From the NCBI GenBank assembly GCA_965240325.2, contig OZ251231.1:1550001-1614000 (forward strand): a DNA stretch of 64,000 bases, written 5' to 3'. The stretch is from Rebecca billardiae RCC1528 (Eukaryota > Protista > Haptophyta). Positions within the stretch are counted from its first letter, which is position 1. The number at the start of each line of letters is the position of its first letter. The notes under the pieces are model-generated. The model ran no database searches and was not told the origin of the DNA. It saw only the letters and a program-made list of their open reading frames with translations. Shown here one piece after another: positions 57,151 through 64,000 of this stretch. A program made the position numbers and the translations under genes.

Positions 57151-58770
57151 TGACCGCGTTCCGCGGTCCTTTTCCGTAGAACGAACGTAGTTCGGGGCCC
57201 GCGGTGGCGGTGCACCCTCCGTCGCAGTCGTCCCGTACACGTGTAACTAGACTCCATCCAGCGGCGCGCCGCCCCAGCGCCGCGCCGCCGCCGGCGTGCG
57301 CCGAGTGTGGATGTCGGTCGTCGGCCGAGCTGCCCTCATCACAGACGGCCCTTACCTGACCCCCTGCGCGTGCGCGACGGCCGACAGGCGGATGCGACTC
57401 GGCGTGATCGACGCACGAGCGCGACTCTTGCACGCCAGGCCACCGGCGGAGCTGACTGACAGCCAGGGAGCCGGACGGCGCGGGACCGCGCGGATTCGAC
57501 CGTTCGTTCGGGCCTGCCGCTGACCGTCGTCGCCGCGACGCCAGCAGCGCAGGAGTAGATGATCTGCAGGTCAGTAGGGTTCGACCTGCGCGCCTGCGCG
57601 ACGGCCGACAGGCGGGCGCGAGGCGTGAGCGACGCATGAGCGCGACTCTACGTGCACACCAGGCACCACGCGGCCGAGCTGACTGACCGCGAGCCAGGGA
57701 GCACGGTGCGAGCAGCCATGCAGCACCGGTGCTTGCGCGCGCCGCGCGTGCACGGGGTGACACACCTCGGTCAGGCTCGGCACGCGTCGCAGAGGCACGG
57801 CCAGCTCTGGGCACGCCAGGCGCCCAGGCCACGCGGAGCTGACAGCCACGGGGAGCCGACGGCGCGCGGGGCCGCGGCCAGTTCCGAGTTCGACTTGCGC
57901 CTGCTCTGAAGAAGAGTTCTGGGAGACCCTGGCGGAGAGGCATGGCAAGGGGGGCGTGTGGTGAAGTCGGAGACTCCGAGATCGATCAGTCCGGCATCAT
58001 GCGCCGCTGCCCCCGCGCTTGCGAGAGCCCGAACACAGGGCGGCGGCTGCGGCGGCGGCGGCGCGGCCGCGCGCCGGCCGGCCGCGCAGGCATCGACAGG
58101 GCGCGGCAGCGGGGGCGTGCGGAGTGACTAGTGAGCGGGCACGAACGCGATGTCGACGGCCGTCGGGACCCGCCGCAGACGCGCGCTCCAGGCGCCACTC
58201 GGCACTTGCCACGCGCACCTGCCCATCGAGCGCCCCCTTGCGGACCAACCAAGAGTCGTCGAGGCTCGCTCGCCACCCCAGCAGAAGAAACCTGCACAGC
58301 ACGTCGTCCTTGCGACGACGGCAGGTTTTGAGCTCGCCAGCTCGGTAAGTCAGTGACTATGGAATGGGCTGGCAACGAATAGCTGCGCGGGTATTTTCAA
58401 TAAGGCTTGCGGGTTTTAGACTCTAGATACCAACCGCCGCGAAGCCAAGTTCATATTCATCAAGGCGGAGGCAAACTATCACACATGAACGAGAGTCTAC
58501 CCACAAAATCGCGCTCGTAACGAACCGTTACGTTAATGTCACGTCCAGCTGACGTCCAGATCGCACTTTACTTAAGGGAATGAGCTGGACGCGCTTATTT
58601 TCGGCCTAATAGACCTCTCTATGCGATCTCAAAAACTCGAAACTCGGTCTCCGCCAGCCCTAAAAATCGCCCCCCGTCCCTTTTTTCTTGATCAAAGATC
58701 TTTTTGAAACGTGGTTCGGGCCCGCTGGTGCGGGCTCCACGCTGCGCGCTCCGCCCTGCACCGCGGGCCA
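57151..58770 (-). mobile_element. Non-autonomous element, copy E (head-to-tail with D, spacer TAATAA)
   Basis: Differences from D that I could see: a 3-bp indel and one substitution. Confidence 0.92.
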
Positions 58771-58919
58771 TAATGATGATGGCAACCTCACCGTTCAACC
58801 TGTATGTGACCAGCAGGACGTCGGACTGAGACACCGGACTCGATGCGCGCGCAGGCGCCTGTAGTCGGGCTGACATCGATATAGTACTGATGCCGGCCTA
58901 GCTGCTGCTGCTGCTAAGA

Positions 58920-61900
58920 CTAGGTTCTGCCTTGCAGCACGAAGACCTCCTCGGCGAGCAAGGCTGTCCAGCTCGTCGAGCAGAGCACCTCTGCTGAAGC
59001 AGCATGAGCACCAACCGCGTGGCCCGCTGCCAGCGATGACGATGTAGAGTTTGCAAGCATGCGGGCGTGCAGCTCGCGATAGCTGCGGAAGACGTAGGCG
59101 ACGATGGGGGCGTCCCACCACACGCCGATCTCGCTCACCCTGCCAAAGTCCAACGCAGGCCTGCGGTGGCGCGTCGGGATGAGGAGCTTGCGCAGCGCGC
59201 TGTCGCCGAGTGCGGCCAGGTCCCTGTTCTCGATCCGGTACTCATCGGACAGCTTTGGCGGCGGCCTCCTGCTTCTGCGCGGTGTGGACGCCGTCGAGGC
59301 TAGAGCGGGGACGAGAACGACGGGCGTGATGGCCCCGGGCTGGCGCTCCGCGCGCACGCTGCTCCCAGCGCATGGGTCCTTGCTGGCTCGCGTGCGGCGC
59401 GGGTGCCTGCCCGCCGCCGCAAGAGCGCGCTGGATCTCAATTTCCGAGACCAGCTCGCGCACCGCGTGCGCAAAGCTGCACTGCGCGCGCGGCTGCCGCG
59501 GCGGGAGCAGGTCGACATCGCAGTGCGAGTAGATCAGGTACTCGGGGGTGCCCACGCCCTGCGCGTCGAGCAGCGCGAGCACGAGCCCCCTCGCGTGCGC
59601 CGCGCCGCCCTGGCGGCCATCCGTCACGAGCAGCTGCACAGTGGGGGGCGCGCGCTCGCGCATGAGCTGCTCGAGCGCCCAGCCGCTGTGGGCGTCCAGC
59701 GCCGCGCGGCTGAACACCAGGTAGGTGGGCGCCTCGAGCTGCAGGAAGCGCTCGAAGGACGCGCAGCCCGGCGCGGCGGCGTCGCGATGGGACACGACCA
59801 CGACGGCGCGCAGCGGCTCGAGCGCGTGCACGGCTCGACGGGCGCTCGGCCCCGCCACCCAATCGATGAGCCCGCCCGCGCGCGCCGCGGCCTCCGTCGA
59901 GGGCTGGCAGGGCGGGCGGTGCTCCGAGCCCTGCGCCGGCCGGCGGCGGAAGCCGCGCGCGAGGCACGGCGCGAGCTCGCCCTCCACCGGCGCGCCGGCT
60001 GGCACCAGCTCAAAGTTTGCCTCGAGCCGGAGCGGGTGCGGGCACGCGCTCTGCCCGTAGTGCAGGAGCTGCGCCAGCCTGCCAGCCTCGCGCAGCCCGC
60101 AGCCCGCGGGCAGCGAGACGACGTGGTCGTTGCGCTGGTAGTGGAAGACGGGGTGGACCGACCTATCGCCACTGCCCTGGAACAAGAGCTGCGGCCAGAC
60201 GTGCAGCGCGCGGATCTGCCCGCGCTGGTACGCAATCGTCGTCATCCAGTCCGCCCCGACCTGAATGTACTTGGTCCACGCGTCGAGGTACTCGTCGTCG
60301 CCGCTCGGGCGGGCAAGGCCGTCCTGGCGCCAGTACGCACGCGAGCAGTCGCGCGGCGGCTGCACGAGCTTGGTGGCGGCGTGATACGTGTCGAGGAAGC
60401 CTCGGAACGCACGGATGACGGCGAGCGCGCCGGCGGGGCTCACCAGCCAGCCATGGCCGCACGTCGCCTGCACCGGTCGAAAGGCGAACAGACCGGGGGC
60501 GGCCTGCGCGCACTGCGTCACCCTGTCGGTGCGCTCGTAGCAGCTGCCGAGGTAGACGAGGTCTGCGTCATCCGCCAGGCGCAGCGCGCGGGGCAGGTGC
60601 AGGGCGAAGTGGCCCGCCGAGAAGCGCACGTCGTCCTCGACGAGGATCGACGGGCCCAAGCGCCGCGCGGCGATCTCGAGCGCGCGCAGCTGCGCGACCC
60701 AGTTGCCGACGCGCTTGTACGCCATGTTGATCCACGGCGTGCAGCGCAGGTGCGAGAAGGTGCGCTCGGCGAGGACGAGCTCGCGCTCGGCAGGGTCGCG
60801 GAGGAGGAAGCACGCGTCGGCGAAGAGCACCTCGGAGATCTGCTCCGACGCTGCCAGCGCGCGGTGGGCGAACGCGGCCCGCTGCGCGCTGTCGCGCGGC
60901 ATCATCGCCACGACGGCGAGCCCTGCGCCGGACGCGCCGCTCGGGGTTGCGCGGCGAGCGCGCTGCACGCGGTGCGGACTGAGCGGGATGCGCCGCGCCG
61001 CGAGCTCCGACCGCATGTCCGGGAACGGCGCGCGCAGGACCAGCGCGCTCGAGATGTACAGCCAGTGCCTCGGGTCCTGGTCGAGCGGCACGGCGGGGGT
61101 GCCATCCCAGTTGCGCTCGGTCAGGCTGTTCATCCGGCTGCGCTGGCTCAGCCGCTCGGCGGGGCCCAGGTTGTCGGGGATGAGCAGCCGCTCGTGGAGG
61201 CGACTGGGCTCGAAGTCGCCCACGCCGAAGCCCAGCGTGAACGCGTTGGCGAGCAGCGTGTCGCCGATCCGCCACCGCTCCTCCACGCTCAGCCCCGCAT
61301 CCGTGAACATGGCCGCCGCGCCGTCGACCGTGTACCTGAAGCCGTCGGTCGGGACGCCGTGGAAGCGCTCGACGAAGGGCGCGGTGAAGAAGACGCGGCC
61401 GCCCGGCTTGAGCAGGTGCGTGAGCGCGCGCGCGGCGGCGAACGGGTGCATGATGTGCTCGAACACCTGCACGCACAGCACGGCGTCGAACAGGCCGAGC
61501 GCTGCGCCCGCCATGCTCGTGTTCGAGATCGCCGCCAGATCGCCTCGAAGCGTGTTGTGCGCGCCGTGGACGACCTCGAGAGCGACCGCCGCGTCCGGGC
61601 GCACGGGCGCGAAGGTGAGCACCCACGCGCGCCGCGGGTCGCAGCCGGGCACGAGCTCCAAGTAGCTCGTGTCGTCCCAGAACAGGCACGTGCTGCCCGG
61701 CTCGACGAGCGCGCCCGCGCGCTCGGTCAGGAAGAGCTCCATGCCCGCGCGGCTCAGAATGCTGTGGAGAGACGGGCTGCCGCGCCCGACGCCCCAGCCG
61801 TCGATGCCGCTGGTGCCGTTGCGCGGCGCGATGGGCAGCAGCCCGTGGTCGAAGAGGAGCGTGGTGAAGCGCACAAACGCCTCCTGCAGCAGCCGCGACG

Positions 61901-62291
61901 GGTACGGGTCCGTGCCGTTCTCCGGGCCGACGTGGCCCATCTTTGGAAGCGCGCGGCCGCTTGGGATGGTGAGCGGCGGGGGCTCGCGCTCGTGCGGCTG
62001 CAGCCCGAGCGCGTCAAGCTCGCGCGAGATCGCGCCGAGAACGCCCGGCGTGAGGCCGAGGAGCTGGTTCACTGTCTGCTCCGCGCCGCCTTCGACGACA
62101 ACGCCCGACGTGCCAGCTGCCGCCCACGACGTGCGTGCATCGTCGTCGAGGCGGCGCCCCGCGCCACCGCACTGGCATTCCACCGCAGGCCTGAGCTGCA
62201 CGCCGACGACCACGCCAAGGAGCGCGCTCAGCACGCACGCGTCCCAACGAGGCGGTGAGGACGGCGCTGCGCGCAAGAGGGGGCCCGCCAT
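58920..62291 (-). CDS. Type II membrane protein: SAM methyltransferase + GT25-like glycosyltransferase + further C-terminal domain
   Basis: TM ACVLSALLGVVVGV; FDAVLCVQVFEHIMHPF..LLKPGGRVFFTAPFVERFHGVPTDGFRYT; ILVEDDVRF, DLVYLG, CGHGWLVSPAGA. Confidence 0.78.
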   Translation of the reverse strand: MAGPLLRAAPSSPPRWDACVLSALLGVVVGVQLRPAVECQCGGAGRRLDDDARTSWAAAGTSGVVVEGGAEQTVNQLLGLTPGVLGAISRELDALGLQPHEREPPPLTIPSGRALPKMGHVGPENGTDPYPSRLLQEAFVRFTTLLFDHGLLPIAPRNGTSGIDGWGVGRGSPSLHSILSRAGMELFLTERAGALVEPGSTCLFWDDTSYLELVPGCDPRRAWVLTFAPVRPDAAVALEVVHGAHNTLRGDLAAISNTSMAGAALGLFDAVLCVQVFEHIMHPFAAARALTHLLKPGGRVFFTAPFVERFHGVPTDGFRYTVDGAAAMFTDAGLSVEERWRIGDTLLANAFTLGFGVGDFEPSRLHERLLIPDNLGPAERLSQRSRMNSLTERNWDGTPAVPLDQDPRHWLYISSALVLRAPFPDMRSELAARRIPLSPHRVQRARRATPSGASGAGLAVVAMMPRDSAQRAAFAHRALAASEQISEVLFADACFLLRDPAERELVLAERTFSHLRCTPWINMAYKRVGNWVAQLRALEIAARRLGPSILVEDDVRFSAGHFALHLPRALRLADDADLVYLGSCYERTDRVTQCAQAAPGLFAFRPVQATCGHGWLVSPAGALAVIRAFRGFLDTYHAATKLVQPPRDCSRAYWRQDGLARPSGDDEYLDAWTKYIQVGADWMTTIAYQRGQIRALHVWPQLLFQGSGDRSVHPVFHYQRNDHVVSLPAGCGLREAGRLAQLLHYGQSACPHPLRLEANFELVPAGAPVEGELAPCLARGFRRRPAQGSEHRPPCQPSTEAAARAGGLIDWVAGPSARRAVHALEPLRAVVVVSHRDAAAPGCASFERFLQLEAPTYLVFSRAALDAHSGWALEQLMRERAPPTVQLLVTDGRQGGAAHARGLVLALLDAQGVGTPEYLIYSHCDVDLLPPRQPRAQCSFAHAVRELVSEIEIQRALAAAGRHPRRTRASKDPCAGSSVRAERQPGAITPVVLVPALASTASTPRRSRRPPPKLSDEYRIENRDLAALGDSALRKLLIPTRHRRPALDFGRVSEIGVWWDAPIVAYVFRSYRELHARMLANSTSSSLAAGHAVGAHAASAEVLCSTSWTALLAEEVFVLQGRT

Positions 62292-62302
62292 TGTACACAC
62301 TA

Positions 62303-62348
62303 CAGTTTACTAAGAATAAGAGACGCACACAGCTCAGGCAGGCGAGAT
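62303..62348. mobile_element. Solo TIR of the CAGTTTA family, 11 nt upstream of the ATG at 62291
   Basis: Exact consensus TA|CAGTTTACTAAGAATAAGAGACGCACACAGCTCAGGCAGGCGAGAT. Confidence 0.85.
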
Positions 62349-62349
62349 A

Positions 62350-62593
62350 CAGTTTATTTGTTTTAACGTGCGTAAGGCTCACGGTGGCAGGTTGCCGCGC
62401 CATCCTTCATCGCACGCTCTCCGAAGAGAGACCTGGAAACTGGTTTTGAACCCATGACCTCAGTATCTCGAACCGATGATGAGTTATAACGCGGCCTGTC
62501 GCCTATTGATGACTTTTTTTCGTCTGAGACCACTACAGTTTATTTGTTTTAACGTGCGTAAGGCTCACGGTGGCAGGTTGCCGCGCCATCCTT
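62350..62593. repeat. 58-bp direct repeat (second CAGTTTA TIR type) at 62350-62407 and 62536-62593
   Basis: TA|CAGTTTATTTGTTTTAACGTGCGTAAGGCTCACGGTGGCAGGTTGCCGCGCCATCCTT twice. Confidence 0.9.
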
Positions 62594-63211
62594 ATTAACT
62601 AACGAGGCCAGCCGATTTCCGACTTTCTCCTGGACCACAACGACATCCACCATAAAAGCAGCTGACGCTTCGCTTTTCTCCGCCCCAGCGGAACGGCGTG
62701 CAGAGCGAAGGGACGACCAGTCGTGCCCTGCGCTGCGCTGGCAACCCGGCAGCCGTTCGCGGACGTCGAGTTTCCCGCTCCGGGAAAAAGGCCGGATTAA
62801 AAAAGCGCACCCCCCCACCGCCGCTCGCCAAGCCGCCAAACTTAGTAGGCTCCAACAGGGGTCAAATCGCGGCAGCTGCTTATGGCGACCAACATCAACG
62901 TGCTCACACCACTGCCACTGCTGCAAGCTTCGACCAGTACCACTACAGACGAATCAGGAGAGCTGCGCCCTCGTGCCTGTGTCTTAAATCATATCGAATT
63001 AGTATGCGCCGCCATCGTGATTCGCGCTCGCGGGTTTGGTACACGGCCTACTAAGCCTAAGGGCCTACACGGGCCCTCCGGGCCCGCAAGTAACAATACT
63101 GAGCTCATGAGGCATCAGTCGTAGGGGTAGTAGTAGTCTTACGTGATGTACATTCGTTCTAAGTAGTCGAATGTAGATGTGAGTTCCCCGTGGCTGAGCG
63201 TAGCCTCTCAC

Positions 63212-63868
63212 TTAGTGGCTGTAAGAGGCTGAGCGACGCTGCTGGTACGACGTCGAGAGGCGTCGCACGCTCTCGTCGAGCTCGTTGCGCGACAGCGGTT
63301 TGCGCGCTGAGTCGGGCCGCTTGAGCTCCTCTTTCCTCTTCTCGGCGTTCTGCTTACGGACCATGTCGCGATGCTGAATCTGCTTGTCGTACAGCGTCTT
63401 CAGGTTCGCCTCCTTCTCTTCCTGGGTGCGCAGCACCTTCTTGCGCTGCTTCTCCTCGAAGGGCTGGTAGATCTTCTTCTCTAGGTCCTTCACGTTTGCC
63501 GCCTTGCGCTCCATCGACTCGTTCACGAGTCGCTTGACCATCTTCTCGCGCTCTTCCTTGGTCAGCTTCTTCTGCGGGCGCTGATGACGGGCGCTCAGCG
63601 GCCGCACGATTCTCTCGGGCGAGCTGTGCCTGCTCGACGTGTGCTCGATCTGCTTGTTCAGCTCGATCGACAGCATGGTCGACAGCCGAGATGCGAGCTG
63701 GTCGCGCTGCCGTGTCATGGCCTCGAGGTCGTGCTTGCACGCAACGAACCGGACATTGAGCCGGTCGCAGCGTCGGAGCGCCTCGTCACGCTCCGCTCTC
63801 ACCTCGGCCAGCATCTCAGCCTGCCTGGAGAGCGCGACGTCAAGCTCCGCCATCGCTCCCGATTTCAT
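63212..63868 (-). CDS. Hypothetical charged coiled-coil protein, intronless
   Basis: 218-aa ORF with host-like codon usage; repeated helical motif (KLTKEEREKMVKRL / LRTQEEKEANLKTLY / LSRNELDESVRRL). Confidence 0.72.
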   Translation of the reverse strand: MKSGAMAELDVALSRQAEMLAEVRAERDEALRRCDRLNVRFVACKHDLEAMTRQRDQLASRLSTMLSIELNKQIEHTSSRHSSPERIVRPLSARHQRPQKKLTKEEREKMVKRLVNESMERKAANVKDLEKKIYQPFEEKQRKKVLRTQEEKEANLKTLYDKQIQHRDMVRKQNAEKRKEELKRPDSARKPLSRNELDESVRRLSTSYQQRRSASYSH

Positions 63869-63902
63869 CCACTTTCAAGACATGATTTGCTGAAAATACT
63901 GT

Positions 63903-63937
63903 TTAACCAAGTGTGCACGTTAAAACATAGTAAACTG
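63903..63937. mobile_element. Inverted TIR (second CAGTTTA type)
   Basis: Reverse complement CAGTTTACTATGTTTTAACGTGC matches 62350/62536; followed by TA; related copy at ~44896-44930. Confidence 0.65.
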
Positions 63938-64000
63938 TAATGCTTCATCATCAGAAATTCAAAATGACTATGGGGGTATAAAAGGCCGCCCGCCATTGTC

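Noticed and set aside
55528-58770. TG...CA direct repeats as LTR pair
   Set aside because: Only 6 bp between copies, no PBS/PPT or gag-pol, and no 4-6 bp TSDs at any copy.
59403-62258. 951-aa plus-strand ORF and many other long R/A/P/G-rich ORFs
   Set aside because: Antisense or shifted-frame shadows of real genes, expected at this GC content; no domain motifs.
5776-62348. 46-bp motif as CRISPR repeat or spliced-leader gene
   Set aside because: Dispersed, in both orientations, forms an inverted pair with TA flanks; no spacers, cas genes or SL-type donor/Sm site recognised.

Overview
Very GC-rich, gene-dense eukaryotic nuclear DNA with short GC-rich GT-AG introns. A chlorophyll a/c-type antenna protein with a bipartite signal/transit peptide plus flagellar/centriolar genes point to a flagellated secondary-plastid alga, most plausibly a haptophyte of the Pavlova/Diacronema type (inference). 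About 22 protein genes are supportable, including SAS-4/CENPJ-like, H2B, TGT, a cyclin, LHC, a mitochondrial carrier, DPCD, roadblock, GORAB-like, an ARM-patatin and a RING protein. All family calls come from motif recognition; no searches were run. Four things stand out. (1) A ~1350-aa fusion of an unknown N-domain, a PP-loop/asparagine-synthase-like adenylating domain, a SAM methyltransferase and a cupin (50841-55530), which looks like a pathway in one polypeptide. (2) A TRIP4/ASC-1 (zf-C2HC5 + ASCH) protein fused to an AlkB dioxygenase. (3) Five copies of a 1.6-2.2 kb non-autonomous element with asymmetric inverted repeats and a terminal hairpin (Helitron2/Helentron-like) carrying interchangeable cargo, including a near-identical tandem pair inserted into a stop codon. 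(4) A TA-flanked CAGTTTA TIR/MITE family found near start codons, one pair of which brackets a whole gene. Most ORFs in the supplied track are GC-rich shadow frames.
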